NCBI RefSeq assembly: GCF_963506605.1
Contig: NC_083288.1
Location: 45,136,001-45,200,000, forward strand
Direction of reading: 5' to 3'
Origin: Zootoca vivipara
Taxonomy: Eukaryota
Length of the DNA: 64,000 nucleotides
Positions 36,824 through 50,018 of this stretch are shown piece by piece (the first letter of the stretch is position 1; every line of letters starts with the position of its first letter). Below the pieces are notes generated by a model. It made no database searches. It was not told the DNA's origin and saw only the letters and a program-made list of their open reading frames with translations. A program made the position numbers and the translations under genes.

Positions 36824-37753
36824 ATGAAGAAACCCAACCTGACTGTGGGGATTCAGTTCACCCTCTCTGGGTTTTCTGATGTTCTGGAGCTCCAGCTCCT
36901 CTTTTTCCTGCTCTTCCTTTTCATCTACATGTTGACTCTTCTCGGAAACATCCTCATATTCCTCACCATCTGGTCCAGCCCTGTGCTCCATTCCCCCATG
37001 TACTATTTCCTTGGCGAGCTTTCCATCCTGGATGTGCTTTATTCCAGCACCACCGTGCCCAAGATGCTGACCAGCTTCCTGACTGGTTCCCGAGCCATTT
37101 CCTTTGAGGGCTGTGTGGCTCAGCTCTATGCCTTCCACTTCTTTGGAGGCACCGAGTGTTTCCTGCTCACTGTCATGGCATATGACCGCTATGTGGCCAT
37201 ATGTGACCCTCTCCACTACTCTGGGATCATGAGCAACATGACTTGCATCAGACTGGTGGCTGCAACCTGCCTGGTGGGGGCACTTCATTCGACTCTTCAG
37301 ACTGTGCTCACCTTTCGCCTCCCTTACTGTGGGCCTTACAAACTTGACCACTATTTCTGTGATGTCCCGCCCTTACTGAAGGTAGCTTGTGCAGAAACCT
37401 CTCTGAATGAGACCGTGGTCAGAGTGAACATTGGTGTTGTGGCACTGAGTAGCTTTGCTTTGATCCTTGGTTCTTACATCCGCATTGCCATCACAATTCT
37501 CAAGATGCGCTCTGAGGAAGGGAAGAGGAAGGCCTTCTCCACCTGCGCATCTCACCTCACTGTAGTCCTCCTCCTCTATGGCCCTTGCATATTCATTTAC
37601 ATGCAGCCATCCACTGACCACTCTGCCCTGACCATTGTGGCCCTCTTTTACACATCTGTGACACCTGCCCTGAACCCCATCATCTACACCTTGAGAAATG
37701 AAGAAATCAAGAAGATGGTGAAGAAACTGGCATTCAAGAAGGTGTTTTCTTGA
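36824..37753 (+). CDS. Olfactory receptor, class II (OR10G/OR10D/OR12D-related group), 309 aa
   Basis: N-glycosylation site NLT, LHSPMYYFL, MAYDRYVAIC, KAFSTCASHL, PALNPIIYTLRN. Confidence 0.95.
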   Translation: MKKPNLTVGIQFTLSGFSDVLELQLLFFLLFLFIYMLTLLGNILIFLTIWSSPVLHSPMYYFLGELSILDVLYSSTTVPKMLTSFLTGSRAISFEGCVAQLYAFHFFGGTECFLLTVMAYDRYVAICDPLHYSGIMSNMTCIRLVAATCLVGALHSTLQTVLTFRLPYCGPYKLDHYFCDVPPLLKVACAETSLNETVVRVNIGVVALSSFALILGSYIRIAITILKMRSEEGKRKAFSTCASHLTVVLLLYGPCIFIYMQPSTDHSALTIVALFYTSVTPALNPIIYTLRNEEIKKMVKKLAFKKVFS

Positions 37754-39228
37754 AGGACAGCAGATTCTGTAGATAGAAGACCATGAGTTGGGATGAATTG
37801 TACCTCTATGAGTTGTGTCCACTGCTACTCCTGCTCAGAGTAGACCCTCTGAATGCCAGTTGCTGGGAATCACTGGGAAGAGTTGCTGTTGCACACAGAT
37901 CTTCGTGTGGGTTATAGGTTTGCCATTGTGAGAACAGGATGTTGGACTAGCTGGGCCTTGGGCATGATCCAGTAGTGCTCTTCCGATGTTATGTTCTTAA
38001 TGGGCATGACTATATTTGCTCCAATATTTTCGATGTGTCTATTTTGAGCATAACTTTGTTAGATACAATCCTATGTCTATTTGTGGGGGATAGTTGTGCC
38101 ATGAATTCTACTCATATTGATCCAGAGCAGAACTCCAACGTATAGTTAGCAGAGTAAAAGGTTAGTTGCAGGATTCCTCAAAAAAAGACCAGAGAGGCAA
38201 TTAATATTTGATTCAGCAGAGCTTTATGGCTACTGAAGGCAAATGAGCATAATGGTCACAAATCCAATACATTCAGGATTGGCACTGTCCAGCCGTACTC
38301 AGCTTCTATGAAGGAATAACCCAAACATCATGAACCTTCTGCTTGTTTCTAGAAATTTCATGTCATCTAAACATCCAGCTTGCACCAGTTTCTTTCACAG
38401 AGAGAAGCTTCCAGAACCCTCTTGAATTAATTAGAATAGGAAAGATCTCTACACATTAGATCAATTCTTTCTGTACCAAGAAATGCAAACTGACAAGTTA
38501 AAACATGGTTAGAAGATTCTAATCCTCTGTGAACATAAGACTGAAAGGTTCCCCCTGAATTTCCCAGAGTTGGTCCAGCACTATATATCCCCACTATATC
38601 TCTCTCCATTGACAGTAACACTTAGGAATCCTTAAAACTGTCAGTGTTGGTTTCTCTCAATTTCACATACTTCAAATCTTAGGTTGAATTTGCTACATTT
38701 CTGCACCAGTTTGCAGGAATAATGTGCTCACTAAACATCATCAGCACTTTAGAGCAAATTTCTCCAGATGTACAAATTTTTGCAAGCAATTTGCATTTTT
38801 ATACATACATAGCAATTTGCATTTTTATACATGTCCTAATATACATTTTTGGTTGAAAACCTATATTGCACAATTTGGAGAAGTGCAAATTTATCAAAAC
38901 TTTATTTATCTTTTATAAAACCTGTTCTCATTCTAAAATGTTATTTGTTGTATTTCATGATCAAATGTAGTAAGCCCTGGTGTCTGATGAAATTAGAAGT
39001 CCTTAGGAGAGATAAAATACTGCATGGAAACAAATACAACCACCCTTACATTGAAAACTCTAATTTCTTTCTTTATCACATTTAAATCCCATCTTTCCTC
39101 CAAGGAGCTCAAGTTGGTACATACGATTCTCCCCACCCCCATTTTTATTTTCACAACAATCCTATGAGGTAGGTTAGGCTGAAAGATAGTGACTGGCCAA
39201 AGCTGGCCAACTAAGCTTCTTTGGCAGG

Positions 39229-39993
39229 TGCGACGAACCCCCTCGCCGACGTTGCCAATAGATTATGAGACGAAAGGGTACAGGGGTAAAGCAATCGCCA
39301 CTCAATTCCTTACGCCTTAAAATAAACCCCTCAATTCTGGGCTTCTCAGTAAAGAGAGTCTAATTCCAGCTTTCATGGCCTGATCTCACAAACACTCAGG
39401 GCTATTTGAATGAACAACCTCTTGCCTACAGAACAGGGACTCCCTCAACTCAGATCCCTCTTGTATCAGTCTGCCATATCACCCTGGCAAACTTGTGGCA
39501 CTCTAGGTTTTCACCATACTGCCCTTCCTGTGTGACTCTAGGACACAAACTATCCCTTTTCCCCTAGGTAAGTTTTGCCCTTTTCTGAGTCTCCACCTCT
39601 GTGAGTTTTAATACGCAGCTGGAATAACCAAGACGATACTCTTTGGCACAAAAAGAAGATTAATTTTATTTTCTTGAGAACATAGGTTTTTCTTTTCTTA
39701 ACGGTGCATAAGTTTACAATCTTTGTTACAGTTATACATTAACTCTGTCAGACTTTAACTTCAAGTTATCCTAAGCCTAACCTAAACCACCACTATCCTG
39801 GCCCCACAACCTTCTTCTCCCCTCTTCATCACCACACTCCCCCTCTTCCAACTGCCAAAATGGTTATTCCCTCCTTTTTAAACTGGTCACCGTCCCGCCT
39901 CCTAAAGATGCACTGTCAGTTAAGCTGGAGGTGGATTAACTCTTTCTAATCCAGGGTGTAATAAATCTTCCATCCCGGGGCTAATCTGTTACA
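39229..39993. mobile_element. Solo LTR inserted into an older SINE-like repeat (about 39080-40050)
   Basis: TG...CA ends, TSD GCAGG/GGAGG. Confidence 0.6.
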
Positions 39994-40670
39994 GGAGGAT
40001 GGAGATTTGAACCCAGGCCCAAGTCCAACACTCTATGCACTATACCACACTGACCTTTTCTTCACACTTTACTTTGATGCTCACGGCCCTAATGGAAGTA
40101 TTCTGCAGGAGACCAGCTCAGACCTGGAATATTGTCTCCTTCACAAACAGAAAGCCCTTTCTCTCCCTCATCAGATCTGATACCCCTGCTCTCCAGAGGC
40201 TACTTACATTCCGTGTAAACTAGAATCGTCATCCTTAACTGAGGGCAGGGTAGCTCGCTTACAAGGCAGCATGAGCAGTCTAGGCACCCTTATTCCAACA
40301 GTTACAAGAAAACACAGTGTGCAACTCTATTGAACATCTATTCTGATGGTAAGAGTGGAATGGACAACCTCAAAAGGTACCTGTGATTTCTGCATTGCAG
40401 ATGGTTGGGCTTAGATTACCCTTGGGAGTTCCTACCAACTCTACGATAACATGCAAATGAGTGCAGCATGCTGGGTTCAGACACTAGGTTTTCTCTGTAC
40501 TGTCTGCTTCCACAACTTGGTGGCTTGTATTCTTTTCTCTACAACTTCACATGGATGTAATGAATAAGCACGGAGCAATTGTAATAAATAAAAGTTGACC
40601 CAAAACATGCAATTCTGATCTGGGGTAGGGGTTTTTTTGTTTTTTGTTTTGGCAAGAGGCCATCAAGAGA

Positions 40671-41022
40671 CCTTTAAAGCCCTAAATGGGCTCAGTCCAG
40701 TATACCTGAAGGAGCGTCTCCAACCCCATCGTTCTGCCTGGACACTGAGGTCCAATGCTGAGGGCCTTCTGGCGGTTCCCTCGCTACGAGAAGCCAAGCT
40801 ACAGGGAACCAGGCAGAGGGCCTTCTTGGTAGTGGCACCCACCCTGTGGAACGCCCTCCCACCAGATGTCAAAGAGAAAAACAACTACCAGACTTTTAGG
40901 AGACATCTGAAGGCAGCCCTGTTTAGGGAAGCTTTTAATGTTTAATAGATTATTGTATTTTAATGTCTGTTGGAAGCCGCCCAGAGTGGCTGGGGAAACC
41001 CAGCCAGATGGGCAGGGTATAA

Positions 41023-41073
<51 letters not shown>
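40671..41073 (+). mobile_element. L2-type LINE 3' end with (TTA)n tail
   Basis: FKALNGLSPVYLKERL...RAFLVVAPTLWNALP...FRRHLKAALF ORF2 C-terminus. Confidence 0.8.
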
Positions 41074-41074
<1 letters not shown>

Positions 41075-42524
41075 TGTTCACAACTCCATGAGCTAGTAGA
41101 CTTAGTGCTGGCCCTCAATAACTCTCTGCCATTCCAATGTATAGAGGTAGATCTTAGTATTCATGCATGTCATAGTTAAAGAATTACTTCTTTCACCCCA
41201 TTTATATGTGCAACCAGAACTGGGGACAAATCAGCCTGGAAGGCTGGATGAAAGCAATGGGGGGCCTATTGTTTTTGTTTTTATTATGTATCTTGGGGGG
41301 GCTGTTATTTTTGTTTTTATTATGTATTTTGTGATTTTATATCTTGATTTTATTCTGTGAACTGCCCTGAGACCCCTGGGTATAGGGCGGTATACAAAGT
41401 CAATAAATCATTATCTCATGTCATGTTAGTAAATTGACTGACACTGGTAGTTATTATTCTGCACTAATGATGCAAACATCAGTAATTGCTCATTACACTT
41501 GGTTTGTAGATCCTTTAGGGTTCTTTTCCTTGGAGTCACCAAACTGATGTCAGAATATGCTTGGGGAGAAATCTCGTCTCCCATGCTGAATAAGAACCAG
41601 AGATATGGTGAGAAGAGGGTTCATAATTCCTCCAACCAACCTTAATCGTCTTGCAACTTCTGAAGAAGATGCAAATACTGGCTCCTTCTCAAGGCAGCTA
41701 ATGAAGCTGCATGGGTCATTGACTTGGATCACCCCTCTCTAAAAATACAGGAAGATCTATTTGTCAGAGTATTTGCAAGATGCAAGAATATTGTGCATTG
41801 ACATGTGAATACAACTAATCTGACATTCAGTTTTACCAACAGTTCAAATCCTTCCAACTGGAAATTTCCATAGCTGAGGGACTCATGTTCTTGTAGATCA
41901 TGCATGCGACTTTGATGCAAGAGTCATTGTCTGGAGTCATCCTAGAGCTTCTATAAAGACAGGGAGATCTTCTGCCAGAGATATACAACTATGTTGTGCA
42001 TTTGAAGGCCAATGCCACTGATTTTTTCCAGCTTATTTGTGGTTCAGGTAAGTTCAAATACTGCCAATTGAAAAGGTCCATAGTGAAGAATCGATGTTCT
42101 CATAGCTCAGTATTCCCTAACCATGGTATCCACTCCCCAGATGCTGCTGGATACACAACATCTTTTAGCCACAGTCAACGTTGGTCAGGGATAATGGGAA
42201 ACTGAAGGGATATTTAGGGAAAGCAATGATAGATTAATGTTCAGCATGCATATGACTTCAAGAAGGCTATCTCCTCAACCTAGATATTTCAGGGCGAGAG
42301 CACACCTGATCTGCATAGCTGCCAAGTTTTCCTGATCTGCATATTGCTCCCAATTTGATGTGGAAATGTGGCAAACTGAAGTCAAGATTGAAAAAATTGA
42401 AATGGCAATGAATCAAAATGGACTGGTTAGTTTCTCCTCCTCCTCTTCCCCTCCTCAAAATTCTCATTTTCTTCCCATATTCAGGTGTGTGCCATTAAAG
42501 ACCACAACAATCAATTGAAGGTAG

Positions 42525-43454
42525 ATGGAGAAAGTCAACCTCACTCTTGTGATTAAATTCACTCTCCTGGGTTTCTCTGAAGTCCAGGGTCTTCAGATCT
42601 TCTTTTTCACTCTCTTTCTTGCCATTTACCTCTCGACGTTGCTCGGCAATGCCGTCATACTCTTCACAATCCGCCTCAGTCCTCAGCTGCACTCCCCTAT
42701 GTACTACTTCCTCTCTGAACTGTCCCTCCTAGACGTGTGTTACTCCACTTCCACCGTTCCGAAGATGCTGGCTGGGTTCATCAATGGCTCTCAAAGCATC
42801 TCTTACCAGAGCTGTGTGGCTCAGCTTTACTTCTTCCACTTCTTTGGGGGCACAGAGGGCTTCCTTCTCACTGTCATGGCCTTTGATCGTTATGTGGCCA
42901 TATGCAACCCCCTTCGCTACTCTTCCATTATGAGCAAGATGGTATGTGCCCAGTTCATGGCTGGAACATGCCTCGTCGGGACCATCCATTCCACTATTCA
43001 GACCGTCCTCACTTTCCGTCTCCCTTACTGTGGCCCTTATGAGCTTGAGCACTACTTCTGTGATGTTCCACCTTTGCTCAAAGTGGCCTGTGCTGACACA
43101 TCGATAAACAAAGTTGTCATCATGATCAATGTTGGCGTGGTCGCCCTCAGTTGCTTCCTCTTGATCACGGGCTCCTATGTACGTATTGTTGCCACCATAC
43201 TGAAGATGCGCTCGGAGGAAGGAAAGAGAAAAGCTTTCTCCACCTGCACAGCCCACCTCATCGTGGTCTTGACCCTCTATGTCCCTTGTGTCCTCATATA
43301 CTTGCAGCCAGCCACAACCAACTCGGTTCAGAAGGTGATGTCCATTTTCTACACAGCTATCACCCCTGCACTTAACCCCATCATCTATTCCTTGAGGAGT
43401 GAAGAAATCAAAAGGGCAATGAAGAAACTTGTCTTTGGGAAGATATCTTCCTGA
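42525..43454 (+). CDS. Olfactory receptor, class II, paralog of 36824-37753, 309 aa
   Basis: LHSPMYYFL, MAFDRYVAIC, KAFSTC, PALNPIIYSLR. Confidence 0.95.
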   Translation: MEKVNLTLVIKFTLLGFSEVQGLQIFFFTLFLAIYLSTLLGNAVILFTIRLSPQLHSPMYYFLSELSLLDVCYSTSTVPKMLAGFINGSQSISYQSCVAQLYFFHFFGGTEGFLLTVMAFDRYVAICNPLRYSSIMSKMVCAQFMAGTCLVGTIHSTIQTVLTFRLPYCGPYELEHYFCDVPPLLKVACADTSINKVVIMINVGVVALSCFLLITGSYVRIVATILKMRSEEGKRKAFSTCTAHLIVVLTLYVPCVLIYLQPATTNSVQKVMSIFYTAITPALNPIIYSLRSEEIKRAMKKLVFGKISS

Positions 43455-44525
43455 ATGAAAGGGAAGGAATGAAGGAGAGAGAGAGAGAGCTTGGCAAGTG
43501 GTGAGTTCAAGTAAACTGGTCAGTACGTAGCCCTCATTACCAGTAGCCTTCAATTGCTGTATCCTCCATCAACTTCTCCAATCCTATTCTAAAACCATCT
43601 TTGTTAGTGGCTCCCACCACATCCTGTGGTAGCAAATTTCACAATCTAATGGAGTGTTATGGGATGATGAATGCCCTTCCTCTGTCTTGAATCTCTTTGC
43701 TTTCAGCTTCGTTCCACGGCCCTGGTTCTAGTACTATGAAAGGGGGAGCAAACTGTTTCTGTCTGGTTCATAATCTCTTGACCTGACCTACTTCATGGGT
43801 TGCTGTGAGAATAACGGTGGTGGGATGTTTCATCCCTTCCACCCAACCATCCACCGTTTTTTTGTTTTTGTTTTAAACTGAATCTTCCACCTGTCTCTTT
43901 CTACAAACCCCTGCTTGAACACTGAGGTCTTTAGGGGAGTTACGGCTATTTGTCTCCCATAATTTGGCAGCACACCTCATATTCATGAAGCATCATGCAT
44001 TCAATATGCTGGGTTCAATTTTGTGGAACCCCCTGCCAACTGAAATGAGACAGGGCCACTCCCTGATGGAACTTTGGGCGTCTAGTCGATAACTTTTTAT
44101 TTCAGTAAGAATTTAAGGTCATTTCTGATTTTATAGCTGGCTTGTAATGGAGTTTATCTCTATTGTATTTGTTCAGCTTATTGTACACTGCTTAGAGACA
44201 ATTGCAGTTAAGTGGTATAAATAATAAATAAATAGCCTGGTTAATCAATCTAATTGCATCTTGGCTGGCCCTGGCACAGTATCATATGTGCTAAAAATCC
44301 AGCTCTGCTCTGCTCACCACTTACCATCTTGCTGAAAGTTTTGCTGCTGTTTATGGGTCTGTTTATAGATTATTGTACGACTTTTATTGTAATGTACCAT
44401 TCTTTTTTATTTTGTGTCATGTTTTGTGCCCTCAAATTCTGCAAGTTGCTTGGAGTCTCCAACCAATAAACTGAAATAATAATAACAATGGTAATGTTGT
44501 AAACAGCTGTTATTATTTTTTATTC

Positions 44526-44526
<1 letters not shown>

Positions 44527-44573
<47 letters not shown>

Positions 44574-44591
44574 GATAGATAGATGATAGAT
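44527..44591. repeat. (GATA)n microsatellite
   Basis: Direct observation. Confidence 0.95.
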
Positions 44592-45299
44592 AACAACAAC
44601 TCCTTGTGGTTGTTTGCTATGGGAAAACTATTAGGAGTCAGGAACTTGCCAATCTACCAGAAGATCTTCCTTTGCCTTCTGCTCACCCCTGTTTATGGAT
44701 TTTAAGCCTGTGAGCCATAATTATATTGTTTATTATTGATTTTATGTAAGCCACTAGACCTTTTTCAACTAAATAAAGGTGCAAAAGTGCTGTAGGTCTA
44801 TATGTAGTTTGATGCGTAAGAACATAAAAGCCTGCTGGATCAGGTTCGTGGCCCATCTTGTCCAGCATCCTGTTCTCGTAGCGACTAAGCAGAAGCTCAG
44901 AGGAAATCTGCAAATGGGACCCAAGCACACAAGCACTCTTTCCCCTGCTGCAGTGTCTGGCGACTGGTATTCAAAAACATGACTGGCTCTGACTATGGAG
45001 GAAGAGCATAGCTATGATGGCTAGTAGCTGCCGAGATAGATAGTCTTATATGCCATACATTTGTCTAATCCTCTCAAAGCCTTCCAAGTTGTTGGCCATC
45101 ACTGCCTCTGGTGGCAGCATTTTATTTTTTAAAAAAATACATTTTTTATTATTTTTTCATTGAGAACACTCCAATATGGGCCACATTATTACAATATCAC
45201 ATCATGCCGAACCATAATACAATTTATAAAGCCAATTATACATTCCATGTTCTGATCATAGCAGCACTTTAATTGCATGGTGTGTGAAGAATCACTTCA

Positions 45300-45535
45300 C
45301 AGTCGTACCTTGGTTCTTCAATGTAATCCGTTCCGGAAGTCCGAACGACTTCTGAAAATGTACAAAAACCAAAGTGTGGCTTCCGATTGGCTGCAGGAGC
45401 TTCCTGCACTCAATTGGAAGCCGTGTAAGCCGCATCAGACATTCAGCTTCCATTTTTTTTCCGCAAACTGGAACACTTACATTCAGGAGCGAAGACATAC
45501 GAGTACCAAGGCGTTTGAGAACTAAGGTACGACTG
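45300..45535. mobile_element. Tc1/pogo MITE
   Basis: TIR CAGTCGTACCTT / AAGGTACGACTG followed by TA. Confidence 0.75.
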
Positions 45536-45782
45536 TATTTTCTTTGTCCTGTATCTTCCAATATTCAGTTTCATTAGATGCCCGTGAGTTCTAGTGTTAT
45601 GAAAGAGGGGGGAAAACCATATGTGTAGGCGAGACATGTCTAGTTATGGAGAGAACCATTTTTGCCCTGGGGGCCTCTTGCGCCAACACAGGAGGAATCT
45701 GTTGAATGGGACTTCATCTCATATGCTGGTGGGAATGTAAAACTGATAGGTCTTTGAGGATTTCCCTACTTCAAATCCATTA

Positions 45783-46025
45783 CAGTGGTACCTCAACTTA
45801 CGAATAACTCTACTTACGAATGTTTCTACTTACGAACGGAGCTCCGTCCGCCATCTTGGATGTGGTTTAGATAGGATTTTTCCTACTTACGAATTTTTAG
45901 ATAGGGTTGCTTCGACTTACGATTTTTTCCTCCCAATGCATTCCTATGGGATCCGACTTACAATTTTTTTCGACTTATGAATGTGCATTCGGAACGCATT
46001 AAATTTGTAAGTACAGGTACCACTG
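45783..46025. mobile_element. Tc1/pogo MITE (same family as 17524-17749)
   Basis: TA-CAGTGGTACCT...AGGTACCACTG-TA. Confidence 0.9.
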
Positions 46026-46066
46026 TACGTCATTAGTTTGTGGAGTGAATGTTGCCACTTCTCTAC

Positions 46067-46952
46067 TGTCAGGGTTTGGGAAGTCTATTCCTCCCCTTGT
46101 GATAGCAAGAGGTAGAGATAACAAGGGAGAGTCCTTTTTAATGAGTTTGCTCATTCATAATAGTGAGAGACAAAAGAGTGCAGCAAGCCCTAACAATGGC
46201 GTTGCTCCAACTCAGCCCCCCTCCCTCCTCCCTAGCTACAGCATTTCCCTTTACGGTGGCAGCTCATGGTCAAGTGTCTGTGAGACCTTTGCTCCTGCAC
46301 CCTTAACAAATGCCGAGTTCTGGAAGAAGGGGGGGGGTCAGAAATACTCTCCAGTGACAACGTGTTAGCTGGCTGCTCTGCCTCCCCCCCTTATCCTAAC
46401 ACTTCCCAACTCTTCTGTTCGTCTATCTCTGAGCTGTGACCTTCCTCATGTCTGTATCTGGGGGTCAAAAGGGCAGCTGGCTAGCCCCCAACTGGATCGT
46501 CTCCTTCTCAGTCGTGCCACTGCAAAGATCCATCGACCTCTGGCTCCGACATAAATCAGTGACTCAGGCCTCACAGACTTGAGCATACTATACTTACAGT
46601 AGCAGTGTAAACTGCACAACGGAAGTGGCTGAGGCTGTGGATACATACTATGAACTACGGATTTATTAATCATAAATCAAGACAAAGAAACATGTCATCT
46701 CTCCTTGCTGTCTGCTCAGAGAGAGAGTGAAAACAAAAGTAATACCGCGGAAGTTCCACTTACACCAGCTGGAATGTAAACAGACATGTGACACGTAACA
46801 ATCCCATGTCTGCAAGTAAAGGTGGAATGGAAAATCCCAACACCTCAAACCCCTGCTGTAAATCAACACAGCATTCCTCTTCTCCTGCAGCATCAGTGTG
46901 TGATCTCTACCATTCCTCCTCCATCTCGTCCCCTTGAGTCCAATCCGTGACA
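46067..46952 (+). mobile_element. Solo LTR, 886 bp
   Basis: TGTCA...TGACA ends, 5-bp TSD TCTAC. Confidence 0.85.
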
Positions 46953-47595
46953 TCTACTGAATGATGTAACTGACCTTGTGTTTTAAAGGAGTCATGTTAT
47001 TTATGGACCTCATTTTTTTGTATTTTTTTAAATCATTGATGCAATCCCTGGATTCAGTTGGAGAAAAGGTGGTTCATAAATGCAATCTATAATGTAACAG
47101 TAATAACATACCACCACCTCCCCCTTTCAATACCTCTCATTATAGTTTGCCAACATGAGATATCATTATAGATTTATTTTGAAAACAAATGAAATCCCCA
47201 CCCACTAGTTGGCTGTGGGTGATCCTGAGGGAAACAGGTTAATGTTATGGAAACTGGTGGTGATGAAGCCTGAAGACATAAATTGCCATGATGCTACCAT
47301 CTAGGTGAATCCCAGAACCATTGGTGAAATAACCCAAGACAAAGGGAGGGTTATTGTTATGCTCGCAGCATGCATTCTGGAGTGACTTTAGATTAGATAT
47401 TATCTTACTGGAACAGGAGAACATTTTTGTCTTCTATGGTTTCAGGTTAAAGAGATATGCAGGTTGCTCACATGTCGCAGTCAAAAAGAGTACAATATGT
47501 GTACCTGCATACCCAAATTGTTCAGCTATACGCTCATACAGCTATTCACATATAATGTTCAATGAGTGTACAGTGTGTACATGTGTACACAACAG

Positions 47596-47685
47596 CATAG
47601 CTGCCAAGTTTTCCCTTTTCTCGCGAGGAAGCCTATTCAGCATAAGGGAAAATCCCTTTAAAAAAGGGATAACTTGGCAGCTATG
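47596..47685. mobile_element. 90-bp hAT MITE
   Basis: TIR CATAGCTGCCAAGTT, TSD CACAACAG. Confidence 0.9.
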
Positions 47686-47989
47686 CACAACAGTAGAATT
47701 GTACAGATCAACAAGTGTATACTCTTTCACATAGAAACTTGTACATGTGAACAACACGTGAACAAGCCTAAGTTGAGAAAGGATTGGTGTTCTTTTCTCA
47801 CCTAGGCATTGACTTCATGTTTAAGAGTGGTGACTGTCTTGAAATGCAGAGGAAGAAGACTAAGGAAACACTGAAAAGGACTGCGATGTAAATTAAAGAG
47901 AGCTTCGGTTTCTGCAGGCTACAGAACATCTCACATTACATCATGCAGAAAGGTAAGATTTCGTGATTGGATGAGTTCGACATAGTTAA

Positions 47990-48680
47990 GCATTGCGTGA
48001 CTAGGCGTGACAGCCACCAGGGAATGTAGGAAAGGAAGTAAAGACTCTGACAACATTATGGCATTAAAATTAGGCCACAACTTTATTAAACTTCCAAATG
48101 TAGGAAGACCTTGGCTTAGGCCTTGGGCGTGTATCCCTCCCAGCCCCCCAGCCAGGGAACTGGGGCACATTAGGGTAAATGGGATATTGGGGTGCTCTGC
48201 GCGACATAAGTGTAGGCAGGCAGCTGAGCCCATATCCCCGCACACAGGGTAGTTCACTGACGACCTTTCAGTGTATGGCCAGTGACACCCATTTATGTAA
48301 TCCCTTTAAGAGGGGACCCTGGAATCACCACCACAGGGGGGGTGAGTCACCACTTCACACACACACACACACACACACACTATAGGGAAGAAAAGACTAA
48401 AGGATTCCACCCAAGGCCATAACCGCCAAAGTTGTGACGAATTGCTATGGGGAAGACAAAACCTGCCAATGCAGGAAAATTTGTTCCTGGTCCTTCAACA
48501 ACAACCAGTCAAAGACCGTAGCAGCGTCCGCTAAACAGGAAGAAAATGTTAACCTCTAAACAAGAAACATTAACAAAGGGAGGGTTGGTTGGGTGGGTGA
48601 AGCTCCTGAGCCGACTGCCTGGCTAATACCGGCTCCTCCCCCTATTTATAATGGTCTGGCCCCACTTCCCAGGAAATGAA
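47990..48680 (-). mobile_element. Unclassified repeat, family of 22000-22648
   Basis: GGCCACAACTTTATT and GCCAAAGTTGTGACGAATTGCTA blocks; boundaries approximate. Confidence 0.55.
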
Positions 48681-49308
48681 ACTTAAAGCTGAGGCTGGGC
48701 GTGAACCTCTGAATAATAGACTGAGAAGCAGGGCAGCAGGGCAGCCCCCTTCTACTAGCAAGATCCCATCTTTAAGAAATAGATGGAAGCAAAACAGACA
48801 CATTCAGAATTCAAATTGTTTTGCAAATTCTGGATCTGAGAATATTTGTTTGAGAATTGCCTCCCAGACTGAATTCCAGCATTGCTTGGAAGATTGGTGT
48901 GCCAAGCCAATTTGTATGACAAGCCAATGTCATTTTTGTTTCTTAGGATCCTACAGAACTGTTATATTCTGTGTCAAACCTGGGTGGCAATCCAGGGTTT
49001 CAGGCAGGAGGTCTCTCCCAGACCTACCTAGAGATGCCTGGGATTGAACATGAGACCTGTTTTATGTAATTCCTGGAGAATAGCTGGAATGAGTAAACAG
49101 AGATGATACTAAATTTCAGAAACAACTTCTGCTTTCAGTTGCAGCCAAGGTCTTCTGAAATCGGAGTTACAAAAAATTAACTTGTGTTTTGGCTACTGTA
49201 CAAAGCTATAATGCAAAAACCTGTTAGTGAAAGATGAAATCCTTACAAAAAAACAAACAAAACAAAAACAAAAACAAAAAGCACAACCTACTCTTACAGC
49301 TCAAACAT

Positions 49309-49680
49309 GTTGTTGTTGTTGTTTAGTCGTGTCCGACTCTTCGTGACCCCATGGACCATAGCACGCCAGACACTCCTGTCTTCCACTGCCTCCCGCAGTT
49401 TGGTCAAACTCATGTTCGTAGCTTCGAGAACACTGTCCAACCATCTCGTTCTCTGTCGTCCCCTTCTCCTTGTGCCCTCAATCTTTCCCAACATCAGGGT
49501 CTTTTCCAAGGATTCTTCTCTTCTCATGAGGTGGTCAAAGTATTGGAGCCTCAGCTTCACGATCTGTCCTTCCAATGAGCATTCAGGGCTGATTTCCCTA
49601 AGAATGGATAGGTTTGATCTTCTTGCAGTCCATGGGACTCTCAAGAGTCTCATCCAGCACCATAATTCAAAAGCATCAAT
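49309..49680 (-). mobile_element. BovB (RTE) LINE 3' fragment
   Basis: RRLLRVPWTARRSN...SLEKTLMLGKIEG; (CAA)n tail; TSD TCAAACAT. Confidence 0.92.
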
Positions 49681-50018
49681 TCAAACATAACTTTGTTTAT
49701 TTGGAGATCAGTACTATGATTCTCAGCAAAATTAATATCTGAGCATAGCAGTCCAACTAAAAACTTGAACACCTAGTTTGAAATTCATATAACTAAAGGT
49801 CTAGACGTTTGATATTCCATATGAAAATTGAGAGTACGGTTTGGAATCTGCCACCCACCCGCAATATTAATTTTATCTGTACTTTCATTTTATCTCCTAG
49901 AAATTATAAGTAATTTTACCCAGAATTGAGCAGTTGATGTTGCACACCAACCCCTTCTCTCCCTTGTTTGGATTTTGCAGTCTAATCATTAACAACGCTA
50001 AGGTGAACATTAAGTTAC

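Noticed and set aside
42729-43553. 274-aa antisense ORF (also 36788-37351 and 50241-50750)
   Set aside because: Shadow frames of OR coding sequence
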